Below are positions 17,756 to 27,779 of a DNA stretch of 54,646 nucleotides, one piece after another (position 1 is the stretch's first letter; every line of letters begins with the position of its first letter). The position numbers were made by a program, and so were the translations under genes. Source of the stretch: an uncultured Mollicutes bacterium (GTDB lineage Bacteria; Bacillota_I; Bacilli_A; Acholeplasmatales; Anaeroplasmataceae); NCBI GenBank assembly GCA_937905855.1, contig CALCWU010000140.1:1-54646 (forward strand), written 5' to 3'. The notes beneath the pieces were generated by a model. That model was not told the DNA's origin. It was given only the letters and a program-made list of their open reading frames with translations, and ran no database searches.

Positions 17756-19675
17756 ATGAAGGAAAAGTTTTATTTAACAACAGCAATTGCTTACACATCA
17801 AGTAAGCCTCATATTGGTAATGTGTATGAATCAATTTTATCTGATGCAATTGTTCGTTTTAAGAAGAAGGAAGGCTATGATGTTTATTTTCAAACAGGAA
17901 CTGATGAGCATGGCCAAAAAATAGAAAATAAAGCTAAAAGCTTAGGAATAACACCTAAGGAGCATGTTGATAATATCTCTAATCAAATAAAAGAGGTTTA
18001 TAAAATGATGAATATTGATTATGATCATTTTGTAAGAACAACTGATCCTTATCATGAGCGTGAGGTTCAAAAAATATTTAGATATTTATTTGAAAAGGGC
18101 GATATTTATAAGGGATTTTATGAGGGATATTATTGTGTTGACTGTGAATCTTATTTTACAGAAAAAGATTTAGTTGATGGTTGCTGTCCAGACTGTGGTG
18201 CTAAGGTTACAAGAAATAAAGAGGAATGCTATTTCTTTAAGCTAACTCCTTATCAGGATAGATTAGTTGAATATATTAAAACCCATGATGATTTTATTCA
18301 ACCTGAATCAAGAAAGAATGAAATGCTTAATAACTTTTTAGCTAAACCGCTTCCTGATTTATGTGTATCTAGAACATCATATAAATGGGGTATTCCTGTT
18401 GATTTTGATCCTAAGCATGTAATTTATGTTTGGATAGATGCCCTAGCTAATTATATTACAGGTATTGGCTATCATTTTAATGAACAATCTGATCCATTAT
18501 TTGTTAAAAATTGGCCTGCTGATGTTCATATTATTGGTAAGGATATTTTAAGATTCCATACAATTTATTGGCCTATAATGCTAATGGCTTTGGATTTACC
18601 ACTTCCAAAGCAGGTATTTGCTCATCCTTGGATTTTAATGAATCACAATAAGATGAGTAAATCAAAGGGCAATGTTATTTATCCAAGTGAGCTTTGTGAG
18701 CTATTTGGTGTTGATGCAGTAAGATATTATTGTCTTCATGAAATTCCTTATGCTCAGGATGGTAATTTAACATATGAATTAGTTTGTGAAAAGAATAATA
18801 GTGATCTTGCTAATACCTTAGGTAATTTAGTAAATAGAACTATGGCTATGGCTAAAAAATATTTTGATTCTAAGGTTGTAATAAGCTCACAAAAAACAGA
18901 ATTTGATGCTTCATTAGAGGAAATGACTAATAATTTATGTAATACGATGATTAATTTAATGAAGGATTATCATGTTGCAGATGCTATTGATGAGGTATTA
19001 AAGGTATTAAGAAGAGCCAACAAATATGTTGATGAAACAATGCCTTGGGCTTTAGCAAAGGATGAGACTAAAAAGGATGAGCTAATGGATGTTATGTATC
19101 ATCTATTAGAAGCAATTCGTATTTGTGCTATTATGCTTGAGCCTTTTATTCCGGACACATCAAAGAAAATTTATCAAATGCTAAATACTAAGGCTACATC
19201 ATTTGCAGATGCTAAATTTGGCGTAGTTAAGGAATTTAATGTTGGTGAGGCTATAATGCTATTTAAGCGTTTAGATGTTAATAAGGATGTACTTGATATC
19301 GTTCGTGCTCGCGAGGAAGCTGAAAATGCAAAGAAAGAGGAAGCAAATAATCTTATAACAATTGATGACTTTGATAAGGTTGAAATGGTTGTTGGTAAAA
19401 TTATTGAAGCAAATAAACATCCTAAGGCTGATAAGCTTTTAGTGTTTAAGGTTGATATTGGCTCTGAGGTACGTCAAATTGTTTCAGGAATAGCTAAATT
19501 CTATAATCCTAATGATTTGATTGGCAAAAAGGTTGTCGTTGTTAAAAATTTAAAGCCTGTTGTTCTTCGTGGTGTTGAGTCACAGGGTATGCTTCTTTGC
19601 GCAAGTGATGAAGAGGACAAAAACCTTGAACTTTTAAATGTTTCTAAATTAAATCCAGGAGATCATATTAGTTAA
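17756..19675 (+). CDS. metG: Methionyl-tRNA synthetase with C-terminal EMAP/tRNA-binding domain
   Basis: HIGH-like KPHIGNVYE, KMSKS, a zinc knuckle CVDCESY...CCPDCG, and a C-terminal VGKIIEANKHPKADKLLVFKVDIG tRNA-binding domain. Confidence 0.95.
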   Translation: MKEKFYLTTAIAYTSSKPHIGNVYESILSDAIVRFKKKEGYDVYFQTGTDEHGQKIENKAKSLGITPKEHVDNISNQIKEVYKMMNIDYDHFVRTTDPYHEREVQKIFRYLFEKGDIYKGFYEGYYCVDCESYFTEKDLVDGCCPDCGAKVTRNKEECYFFKLTPYQDRLVEYIKTHDDFIQPESRKNEMLNNFLAKPLPDLCVSRTSYKWGIPVDFDPKHVIYVWIDALANYITGIGYHFNEQSDPLFVKNWPADVHIIGKDILRFHTIYWPIMLMALDLPLPKQVFAHPWILMNHNKMSKSKGNVIYPSELCELFGVDAVRYYCLHEIPYAQDGNLTYELVCEKNNSDLANTLGNLVNRTMAMAKKYFDSKVVISSQKTEFDASLEEMTNNLCNTMINLMKDYHVADAIDEVLKVLRRANKYVDETMPWALAKDETKKDELMDVMYHLLEAIRICAIMLEPFIPDTSKKIYQMLNTKATSFADAKFGVVKEFNVGEAIMLFKRLDVNKDVLDIVRAREEAENAKKEEANNLITIDDFDKVEMVVGKIIEANKHPKADKLLVFKVDIGSEVRQIVSGIAKFYNPNDLIGKKVVVVKNLKPVVLRGVESQGMLLCASDEEDKNLELLNVSKLNPGDHIS

Positions 19676-19679
19676 TTAT

Positions 19680-20579
19680 ATGAAAGATAAAGCTTTTAAA
19701 CTCGTTAAGAATGATGTATTTCCTTTATTCATAGTAGTTATTTCATCTCTTATTTATGTTATGGGCTTTGAATGGTTCTTAAAGCCTATTGGTGTTTATG
19801 CAGGAGGACTTACAGGTCTTGCCCAGCTTATTAGGGAGATTTTTCTCTTATTTAATGTTGATCTTAGCGTTGGTCTATTGATTTTTATTTTAAATGTTCC
19901 TATTGTTTTAGTTGGTTTTCGTTTTGTATCTAAGAGATTTGCTATCTATTCTATTATTTGTATTGTTATTCAATCTGTTTTAACGTCTGGTATTTTTCCA
20001 TTTGTTGATTTTGTGGTTAATAGTGGTGCAAATGTTGATTATTTGCTTTGCTCAATTATTGGTGCTATCGTTACGGGCTTTGCTTGTGGATTTGCCTTAA
20101 GATTTGGAACCTCAACGGGTGGTATTGATATTTTAGCTCAAGCAGCAACACTTCGTGATAGTAAGGTTAGCATTGGTATGATTACGATGATTTCCAATGT
20201 TTTAATTGGTTGTATCGGCGGTGGAATTATCCAAAAGAATATGGCTATCATTCTTTATACCTTTGTAAGAATTATTTTAACTAGTATAACAGTTGATAAA
20301 ATTCATACTGCTTATAGCCTATTTAGTCTTAATGTTATAAGTGAAAAATCAACAGAAATAACTGATATAATTTTAAGGGAATTAAATCGTGGCTGTACAA
20401 TAATTAATGTTGAGGGTGCTTATACAAAGGATCATAAATTTGATATATTTATGGTTGTATCATCATATGAAATTCATCAGGTTATGGATATTATAAAGAA
20501 AATTGATCCACATGTATTTGTTGTGGTATCTCCTGTTAAAAGAATATTTGGTAATTATAAAAAGAAAACAATTATTTAA
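19680..20579 (+). CDS. YitT-family membrane protein (DUF2179 C-terminal domain)
   Basis: Five or six TM segments with GGLTG/GGIDI motifs, and a soluble C-terminal domain (ELNRGCTIINVEGAYT...FMVVS) typical of YitT-like proteins. Confidence 0.75.
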   Translation: MKDKAFKLVKNDVFPLFIVVISSLIYVMGFEWFLKPIGVYAGGLTGLAQLIREIFLLFNVDLSVGLLIFILNVPIVLVGFRFVSKRFAIYSIICIVIQSVLTSGIFPFVDFVVNSGANVDYLLCSIIGAIVTGFACGFALRFGTSTGGIDILAQAATLRDSKVSIGMITMISNVLIGCIGGGIIQKNMAIILYTFVRIILTSITVDKIHTAYSLFSLNVISEKSTEITDIILRELNRGCTIINVEGAYTKDHKFDIFMVVSSYEIHQVMDIIKKIDPHVFVVVSPVKRIFGNYKKKTII

Positions 20580-20612
20580 AATGCTAGCTTTTATTTATAG
20601 TTAGCATTTTTA
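20580..20612 (+). terminator. Rho-independent terminator
   Basis: A 9-bp stem aatgctagc/gttagcatt (one G-U pair), 11-nt loop, then ttttt. Confidence 0.55.
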
Positions 20613-20698
20613 TTTGTATTTTAATTAAAATATTTTTTGTCAAATATTGTACTTTTTAAATTAATATAATATAATAATCATATATGGAGGAGCTTATT

Positions 20699-21388
20699 AT
20701 GCTAGATTTGAATTTAACCTTAAAGCTACTTGAGAAAAATAATTTAGATAATATAGATATCAAAAGATTAATTGAATTTTTTGAAAATGACGCTGCCTCT
20801 AAAAATGAAGCAGCAAATGAGGTATATGTTTTTTATCGTAAATTGGTTGTGTTAAATAAGTTTGCTGCCAACCAAACAAAAATTCACTTAATTGCTAGTA
20901 GATACTTAAACAATTCTATTGCAACTAACATTAAAAAAGAGCCTTTACTTTTTTTAGAGATGAATTATTATTATGAGATGTCAGCATATGATAGATGTCT
21001 TTATTATGCAAATTTATTAATTGATGCTGATTCCTATGAATTAACCTTTAGGCTAGCTGCTATTAGTTATGTTTTAACAATATTCTTTAATCAAAATTTA
21101 ATTAAGGATGCTTATACCTATATTGATAAGCTAATGGATATAATTAGACAAGTTGGTGATTATAAGCCTCATGAGCTATTAATCTTTATCATTGACGCCT
21201 TAGATATTTATGCCAAGGCCAAGGATTATGACAAATATCAAGAATATTTATTAAAATATCAAGAAATTATGAAGGAAAATTCAGATTTTAATCATCGAGA
21301 TGGCATCAATTTTTGTTATAAAATGCATAAAATATATCATGATGTTGAGCTTTCAAATGAAAATCCTAATAACGTTTTAAAGGAATGA
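20699..21388 (+). CDS. Cytoplasmic helical-repeat (TPR-like) protein, unknown function
   Basis: The ATG at 20699 is 6 nt after GGAGGAG. The ORF-track ATG at 20684 lies inside that SD. The translation is all-helical and Tyr/Leu-rich and looks like TPR repeats. Its stop overlaps the next start (ATGA). Confidence 0.55.
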   Translation: MLDLNLTLKLLEKNNLDNIDIKRLIEFFENDAASKNEAANEVYVFYRKLVVLNKFAANQTKIHLIASRYLNNSIATNIKKEPLLFLEMNYYYEMSAYDRCLYYANLLIDADSYELTFRLAAISYVLTIFFNQNLIKDAYTYIDKLMDIIRQVGDYKPHELLIFIIDALDIYAKAKDYDKYQEYLLKYQEIMKENSDFNHRDGINFCYKMHKIYHDVELSNENPNNVLKE

Positions 21389-22194
21389 ATAATATCTTAA
21401 ATAATTTTGATAATAATTATTTTTATATTGATGAATATTGTTCAATCTTAATCCCTATTTTCAGATATATTAGGAATTTAGTTACTAATGATGACCTTGT
21501 AAATTATGTTAATAAAATATTAAAATATAATCAAAGTCTAAATGATAAGCTATCCTTTTATTCATTTTTAATCGATGAGGTTAAAATTGATATGAATAAA
21601 TATTATGCCCTATATTTAAATTATACATTTGCTTTAAAGGAATTTTATCGTAATAGTCAAATTATTAAGGAAACACAAATTGAATCAGAGCTTTCAACTC
21701 ATAAATTTAAAATTGAATATGATAATTTAAAGGAAAAATATCATTTAGATATTTTAACAAGCTGTTATAATCGTTTAATTTTAAAGGAAATTAATGAGGA
21801 AATAGTAGAGGATGATACAGCTGTTTTATATTTTGATATAGATAATTTAAAAACAGTAAATGATAAATATGGTCATTACGTTGGTGATTTATATATTCAA
21901 ACATTTGCAAATGAGCTTTTAAAGCATTTTAAATTTCCAGCTAAATGCATTCGTTATGGTGGCGATGAGTTTGTAGTTATTCATCCTAATACAAATGATG
22001 CAGAAATTAAAAATAATGTTAAAGCACTTGAGAAATCATGTGCTAAAATAAAAAAGCTTGGTGGTTATGATTTAAGCATATCTTCAAGCAATGGTTATTA
22101 TTTTGGTGATGGTATAAATAAATACAAGGATATTATTTCAAAGGCTGATGCGAAAATGTATTTAGCTAAGAAAGAAAAGAAACAAAATAATTAA
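21385..22194 (+). CDS. Diguanylate cyclase (GGDEF domain) with helical N-terminal region
   Basis: Canonical GGDEF core seen: DILTSCYNR, LYFDIDNLKTVNDKYGHYVGD, RYGGDEFVVI, ADAKMYLAKK. Confidence 0.85.
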   Translation: MNNILNNFDNNYFYIDEYCSILIPIFRYIRNLVTNDDLVNYVNKILKYNQSLNDKLSFYSFLIDEVKIDMNKYYALYLNYTFALKEFYRNSQIIKETQIESELSTHKFKIEYDNLKEKYHLDILTSCYNRLILKEINEEIVEDDTAVLYFDIDNLKTVNDKYGHYVGDLYIQTFANELLKHFKFPAKCIRYGGDEFVVIHPNTNDAEIKNNVKALEKSCAKIKKLGGYDLSISSSNGYYFGDGINKYKDIISKADAKMYLAKKEKKQNN

Positions 22195-22220
22195 GATGAT
22201 TTAGGTCATCTTTTTATTTT
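22194..22220 (+). terminator. Rho-independent terminator
   Basis: Stem agatga/tcatct, 6-nt loop, then tttttatttttt. Confidence 0.5.
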
Positions 22221-22298
22221 TTTGAAAACGCTTTAAAATATAAAAAGATTTTTAATTATGATAGAATTTAGATAGTTTTATTTAATAGGAGGATGATT

Positions 22299-24959
22299 AT
22301 GTTAAGACTTAAAAATATTAAGAAATATTATAAGGTTGCTGACACACGTGTTGAAGCCTTAAAGGGAATTAGTCTATCTTTTAGAAAAAGTGAATTTGTT
22401 TCAATTTTAGGTCCATCAGGCTGTGGTAAAACTACAACTTTAAATATAATTGGTGGACTTGATAAATATAGCTCCGGTGATTTATTTATAAATGGTAAAT
22501 CAACTAAGGAATTTTCTAATCATGATTGGGATGTCTATCGTAATCACCGAATTGGCTTTATTTTTCAAAGCTATAATTTAATACCACATCAAACAATTTT
22601 AGGCAATGTTGAGCTTTCCTTAACCATTGCTGGTGTTAGTAAGGAAGAAAGAACTAAAAGAGCTAAGGAAGCCTTGGATAGAGTAGGCTTAAAGGGCCAA
22701 TATAATAAGAAGCCTAATCAATTATCTGGTGGACAATGTCAAAGAGTTGCAATTGCCCGTGCTCTTGTTAATGAGCCAGAAATTCTTTTAGCTGATGAAC
22801 CAACAGGAGCCTTGGATACACAAACATCTATTCAAATTATGGATTTGATTAAGGAAATATCTAAGGAAAAGCTAGTTATAATGGTTACTCATAATCCTGA
22901 GCTAGCTATGAAATATTCAACAAGAATAATTAAGCTTTTGGATGGTGAGGTTGTTGATGATTCTAATCCTTTTAGTGAAGAGGATGAAATTGCTGAGGTA
23001 AAAGAAAATGTAATTTCTAATAGCTCTGAAAAAGCAAAAATGAGCTTCTTTACAGCCTTCAAGCTATCATTTAAGAATTTATTATCTAAAAAGGCTCGTA
23101 CAATTTTAACCTGTATTGCTGGTTCAATTGGTATTATTGGTATTTCGATGGTTCTTGCAGTATCTTCTGGTGTAAAGGGCTATATTAAAAATATGCAAGA
23201 TGATATGCTATCAGGAAACCCTATTACTATTACTGAGCAAGCAATTGATTATACAGCACTTATGAATACAATGACTACATCCCAAAAGGCCAATTTTATT
23301 AAAGAGGCTAATAAGGTTAATGTTAATTCTTTAATCAACTCTTTAGTTAAATCTAGCCAAATGATGGTTAAAAACGATATAACTAAGGATTATATTGATT
23401 ATGTTAAACAAATAAATAGTGATGATGTATCTTGTATTACCTATGATTATGGCTTTAACATATCTAATAATATTTATACATCATTTAGTGTTAATAATTC
23501 AACAACTAATCTTTCCTTAACAGCAATAAAGGAAATATATACAGCGGTTTTAAAGGAAACTGAATTTAAGCAATATGCTTCTTATGTTACAAATTTGGCA
23601 TCTTTATTTGCTCAAGCTCCAGATAATGAGGAATATATTAAATCTCAATATAATGTATTATATGGTAATATTGCCACTAAAGAAGACGAAATAATGGTTG
23701 TATTAGATTCTAACTCTGCTATTACTGATTTAGTTTTAGCTCAGCTTGGCTATTATACTCAAGAAGAATTTTTAAATTTAGCATATAAGGCATCTAATTC
23801 CGCCGATTATAATGAATCATTATATAAGGATAAGTTTAATTATGATGAAATATTAAATAAGGAGTTTAGCTGGTATCCTAATAATAGTATTTATGTAAGA
23901 AATGAAGCCAGTGCTAATTTCCCTTTTACCTATAATGCTTATGAAAATAAGATAAGTGGTAATAAAACCAAGCTAAAAATAGTAGGTATTTTGGAGCCTA
24001 AGGCTGATATTTCTTATGGCTGTATGACTTCAGGCTTTTATTATACAGCTGCCTTAAGTCAAAAAACTTTAGCATCCGCTAAGGAATCAGAGATTATTAA
24101 ATATTTAGATGATAATAATCTTGCTGGCTTTAGTGGTGGTGTTATTTATGATACAAACACAGGTATTAATAGATTTTCAGGTCAAGCAATTGTTTACCAA
24201 TATGATTATTACGATAATAAAAATGTTTTACATGCTAATAACAATGGCTTTTTAGGAACTAGCCCTGATTATTCTTTTATGCTTGGAATGATGGGTGGCT
24301 CATCAAGCTCATCACTTTCATCTTATTATACAATAACTAAAAGAGAGCTTGGCGGTAATGATTTAGCTAATAGTATATCTATTTATCCTACTAATTTTGA
24401 AACAAAAAATAATGTTACTGATTATTTGGATAAATGGAATAGTGATGCTGATATTATATTAAATGGTGTTACCCTTACTAAGGATCAAAGAACAAATGTT
24501 AAATATTCTGATGCAATTGCGTTAATGATTACAATGATTAATAGTATGATTAATCTTGTTACCTATGCTTTAATTGCCTTTACATCATTATCACTTGTTG
24601 TATCATGTGTAATGATTGCTATTATTACCTATGTTTCTGTTATGGAGCGTATTAAAGAAATTGGTGTTATTCGTTCTCTTGGTGGTAGAAAGAGTGACGT
24701 ATCACATCTATTTAATGCTGAAACATTTATAATTGGTGCTGTATCTGGCTTATTCGGTATTATAATTACTTATTTACTTTCAGGAATTGTTAATTTGATT
24801 GTAGGTTCATTATCAGGAATCTATACTCTAGCATCTCTTCCTTGGACAGAGGCTTTAATTATGATTGCTTTAAGTATAGTATTAACATTAATATCTGGTT
24901 TGATTCCTGCAAGAAGTGCAGCTAAAAAGGATCCGGTTGCTGCTTTGAGAAGTGAATAA
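22299..24959 (+). CDS. Fused ABC transporter ATP-binding protein / FtsX-family permease (MacB-like)
   Basis: Walker A GPSGCGKTT, signature LSGGQCQRVAIARAL, Walker B LLADEPTGALD. A TM segment, a large extracytoplasmic region and a C-terminal FtsX-type 3-TM bundle follow. The ATG at 22299 is 6 nt after AGGAGG. Confidence 0.9.
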   Translation: MLRLKNIKKYYKVADTRVEALKGISLSFRKSEFVSILGPSGCGKTTTLNIIGGLDKYSSGDLFINGKSTKEFSNHDWDVYRNHRIGFIFQSYNLIPHQTILGNVELSLTIAGVSKEERTKRAKEALDRVGLKGQYNKKPNQLSGGQCQRVAIARALVNEPEILLADEPTGALDTQTSIQIMDLIKEISKEKLVIMVTHNPELAMKYSTRIIKLLDGEVVDDSNPFSEEDEIAEVKENVISNSSEKAKMSFFTAFKLSFKNLLSKKARTILTCIAGSIGIIGISMVLAVSSGVKGYIKNMQDDMLSGNPITITEQAIDYTALMNTMTTSQKANFIKEANKVNVNSLINSLVKSSQMMVKNDITKDYIDYVKQINSDDVSCITYDYGFNISNNIYTSFSVNNSTTNLSLTAIKEIYTAVLKETEFKQYASYVTNLASLFAQAPDNEEYIKSQYNVLYGNIATKEDEIMVVLDSNSAITDLVLAQLGYYTQEEFLNLAYKASNSADYNESLYKDKFNYDEILNKEFSWYPNNSIYVRNEASANFPFTYNAYENKISGNKTKLKIVGILEPKADISYGCMTSGFYYTAALSQKTLASAKESEIIKYLDDNNLAGFSGGVIYDTNTGINRFSGQAIVYQYDYYDNKNVLHANNNGFLGTSPDYSFMLGMMGGSSSSSLSSYYTITKRELGGNDLANSISIYPTNFETKNNVTDYLDKWNSDADIILNGVTLTKDQRTNVKYSDAIALMITMINSMINLVTYALIAFTSLSLVVSCVMIAIITYVSVMERIKEIGVIRSLGGRKSDVSHLFNAETFIIGAVSGLFGIIITYLLSGIVNLIVGSLSGIYTLASLPWTEALIMIALSIVLTLISGLIPARSAAKKDPVAALRSE

Positions 24960-24973
24960 TTGAATATGTTAAA

Positions 24974-25007
24974 AGTCCTGTTAGATTTTAATTCTTACAG
25001 GATTTTT
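24974..25007 (+). terminator. Rho-independent terminator after the ABC gene
   Basis: Stem tcctgt/acagga with a 15-nt loop, followed by ttttt. Confidence 0.45.
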
Positions 25008-25088
25008 AATTTTAAGGAAAGCTTTAGGATAAATCTAGAGCTATCTCAATGGTATAATATGATGATAGACTTATAAACTAGGTATAGT

Positions 25089-25124
25089 AAAAGACCATTA
25101 GATTTGTACCTAATGGTCCTTTTA
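25089..25124 (-). terminator. Rho-independent terminator after gerQ
   Basis: A 9-bp stem gaccattag/ctaatggtc with an 8-nt loop. T-runs lie on both strands. It is 16 nt downstream of the gerQ stop. Confidence 0.6.
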
Positions 25125-25140
25125 TTAAATGTTTGGAGGA

Positions 25141-25494
25141 TTAATCGTTTTTCTTTGGCTGGTAGGGATAATAATAATTAATTTCCTCATCAAAGGTTAC
25201 ATAATTTAAATAAATAGTAAGTAGAATGTAACGCATATTGTTTGTTGGATCACTTATAATGATATGATCCTTACCTGCAGCTTCAAGCTTACCTTTGAAT
25301 ATTTTTGATCCCCATTGTGAATTTTCAAAGTTCATATAAACAGAAACAGTTTTACCAAGATTTAAGCGTAGGATGTTTTCGATATAGCTTTGTTCATTGG
25401 TGTCAACACTTTGATCGGGATAATTAGATGCGTTTTGATAATAAGGCTGTGGCATCATACAGCCATAAAGTGGTGGATACGGATAATAATTCAT
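25141..25494 (-). CDS. gerQ: Spore coat protein GerQ
   Basis: SYIENILRLNLGKTVSVYMNFENSQWGSKIFKGKLEAAGKDHIIISDP...YLNYVTFDEEI is the GerQ/YwdL signature as I recall it. It is adjacent to cwlJ as in B. subtilis. The ATG at 25494 is 6 nt after AAGGAG. Confidence 0.8.
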   Translation of the reverse strand: MNYYPYPPLYGCMMPQPYYQNASNYPDQSVDTNEQSYIENILRLNLGKTVSVYMNFENSQWGSKIFKGKLEAAGKDHIIISDPTNNMRYILLTIYLNYVTFDEEINYYYPYQPKKND

Positions 25495-25507
25495 AATGAT
25501 CTCCTTA

Positions 25508-25927
25508 TTAATAACAATTTTCACTATCTAGGGGAGCGTAAAAGCAGTGGTTTTTATATTTTCCTGAATTCCATTGGTCCCACCATTTAGCTCTACATGG
25601 TTCACCTTTGGGATTATAAAACCAGAGGGCTTTTGTGGCGGGGGCTACTCTTTCACCATTTATTACTCTTTTGGCTAGCTTTTTATCTATTTCCCTTGCC
25701 GCTTGATAGAAATAGCCTTTATGAGTTGCTTCAAAGCCACCAGGATTTTGAAAAACCATTTTTTCTATAGTATTTATTTTTTTGAAATCTAGGCAATTTG
25801 CCCTTACACGATTAATACCTACATTGCCTACTAGTAGCATTCCCTTTTGACCTTCGCCTTCAGCTTCAGCACGCATTAATCTTGCAAGAAGTGCAACCTC
25901 CTTTTCATTATAGGAAACAACTGCCAT
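25508..25927 (-). CDS. cwlJ: Spore cortex-lytic cell wall hydrolase CwlJ/SleB family
   Basis: Hydrolase_2-type motif LARLMRAEAEGEGQKGMLLVGNVGINRV and QFEA-like GGFEAT. Size 139 aa. Forms an operon with gerQ. Confidence 0.85.
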   Translation of the reverse strand: MAVVSYNEKEVALLARLMRAEAEGEGQKGMLLVGNVGINRVRANCLDFKKINTIEKMVFQNPGGFEATHKGYFYQAAREIDKKLAKRVINGERVAPATKALWFYNPKGEPCRAKWWDQWNSGKYKNHCFYAPLDSENCY

Positions 25928-26032
25928 ACAATCACCTCTATTTAATGATATTAAATTATGGTAAAAATTATTACATTAATTGACTATAATTTATATATAT
26001 GATAAGATTATAAGATAGTGAGGAATATAAAA

Positions 26033-26539
26033 GTGAATAAAAAGATAATTTTTTTAATGACAATTTTTATTTTGATATTATCTTTAGCTGGTTGTAAAAA
26101 GAGCTTTTATTCTGAATATAAGGATGCTTATGATTTAGCTTATGATAATGTTTATGAAGAAATTAGTATAGATGATTTTTATAATAAATTGGATAATAAG
26201 GATAGCTTTCTTGTTTATTATGGTCAAAAGGAATGCATTAATTGTTTAATGAATGTTGGCTTTTTTGATAAAAATGCAAAGAAGCTTGGTATTGAAAAAA
26301 TTTATTATTTACGTTCTAAAATATTAGATGTTAATGGTGATGAAAAAAGAGTACAAACCTTACAGGCTAGTGTTGGCTTTGATAATGATAATTCACCTGA
26401 TGCATCACCAAGATTATGGGCCTTTATTGATGGTAGCTATAATAAGGGAATGGCAAGCTTTGTTACAGAAGACGATGAGTTATATGATAATGCATCATAT
26501 AAATTAATGGCTTATTATTTAGAAATAATTCAAAAATAG
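26033..26539 (+). CDS. Thioredoxin-fold lipoprotein with CxxC motif (second copy of this type in the window)
   Basis: The GTG at 26033 is 7 nt after GAGGAA. Lipobox LILSLAGC and CxxC motif GQKECINC. The layout is similar to 17083-17694. Confidence 0.6.
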   Translation: MNKKIIFLMTIFILILSLAGCKKSFYSEYKDAYDLAYDNVYEEISIDDFYNKLDNKDSFLVYYGQKECINCLMNVGFFDKNAKKLGIEKIYYLRSKILDVNGDEKRVQTLQASVGFDNDNSPDASPRLWAFIDGSYNKGMASFVTEDDELYDNASYKLMAYYLEIIQK

Positions 26540-26550
26540 GATGTGATTAT

Positions 26551-27777
26551 ATGTTTGAAAAATTGCCTAGATGCAAGGTTTTTAGGGATCCACTATATGG
26601 ATATATAAAGGTTGAATATAAGCTTATTGCCAAGCTTATCGATACTAAAGAGGTTCAAAGATTAAGAAGAATTAGCCAGCTAAGTGGTGTTAGTATGGTG
26701 TTCCAAACTGCTGAGCATTCGAGATTTACTCATAGCCTTGGTGCTTATCAAATGGCTAATTTAGTTTTAGAAAATGTAAGTGGTGCTGAAAGCTTATCAG
26801 AATATGAAAGAATTTTATTTTTATGCTCAGCTTTACTTCATGATATTGGTCATGGACCATATTCTCATGCCTTTGAAACAGTTATGAAGGTATCGCATGA
26901 AGAAATGACGGCTAGACTAATATTATCAAAATATAGTGAGGTTAATATGGTCTTAAATGAAGAGGATAAAGGTCTTGCTTCTGATATTGCCTCAATTATT
27001 CTGCATAAGGGTAAATTTACAGTTATCGAATCTTTAGTATCATCTCAGCTAGATGTTGATAGAATGGATTATTTATCAAGAGATGCTTATTTTACAGGAG
27101 CAGCCTATGGTGTAATCGACAAGGAAAGATTATTAAGATGTATGCTTATTAAGGATAATAAGGTATATGTAAGAGCTAGTGGAGTTCATTCTGTTGAATC
27201 CTATATAATGAGTAGATATCATATGTATTGGCAGGTTTATTTTCATCCTGTTGCTAGAGCGTATGAGGTTATTTTAGAAAGTATTTATAAAAGAATTAAA
27301 GATTTAACAGAGAATGGTATAAATGTTGATGCTTCAGTTTCTTCATTTTTAAATGCGATTAGTGATGATATTGACATAAGAGAATATGTCAATTTGGATG
27401 ATGCGTATGTTAATGGTTTTATTAAGCAGTTGACTAATTCTTCTGATCATATTTTAAAGGAATTAAGTATCGATTTTATGAATAGACATCTTTTTAAATA
27501 TATTGATATTAATAAGGAGCAGGATCAGGCTGAGCTTCTTAAAATTGAAGAAAAATATAAAAATAAAGAAAATTCTCGCTACTATTATTATGAGATTTCC
27601 ATTACAAGTAGTGCATATTTGGAAACTAATTCATCTCTTCCCTTAGATATAAATGAAATAACGATTTTATTACCAAATGGTGAAGCAATGCCTTTGGAGG
27701 AATATTCACCTATTATTAAGGGCTTAATTCAAACATCATTAAAAAAGAGTACAAGAATTTTTTATCATGAGGATTAA
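26551..27777 (+). CDS. HD-domain phosphohydrolase (SAMHD1/dNTPase-like family)
   Basis: HSLGAYQMA, LLHDIGHGPYSHAFE and DVDRMDYLSRD are motifs of HD-domain dNTP triphosphohydrolase-like proteins. Confidence 0.8.
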   Translation: MFEKLPRCKVFRDPLYGYIKVEYKLIAKLIDTKEVQRLRRISQLSGVSMVFQTAEHSRFTHSLGAYQMANLVLENVSGAESLSEYERILFLCSALLHDIGHGPYSHAFETVMKVSHEEMTARLILSKYSEVNMVLNEEDKGLASDIASIILHKGKFTVIESLVSSQLDVDRMDYLSRDAYFTGAAYGVIDKERLLRCMLIKDNKVYVRASGVHSVESYIMSRYHMYWQVYFHPVARAYEVILESIYKRIKDLTENGINVDASVSSFLNAISDDIDIREYVNLDDAYVNGFIKQLTNSSDHILKELSIDFMNRHLFKYIDINKEQDQAELLKIEEKYKNKENSRYYYYEISITSSAYLETNSSLPLDINEITILLPNGEAMPLEEYSPIIKGLIQTSLKKSTRIFYHED

Positions 27778-27779
27778 TA

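Noticed and set aside
25050-25124. Possible small RNA: extended -10 (TGgTATAAT, 25050-25058) followed about 35 nt later by the gerQ terminator hairpin
   Set aside because: The -35 region is poor (taaatc), the hairpin is explained as the gerQ terminator, and in DNA this AT-rich a lone TATAAT is expected by chance.
25390-25590. ORF 25390-25590(+)
   Set aside because: It lies antisense across the gerQ/cwlJ junction. No SD, so it is a shadow ORF.
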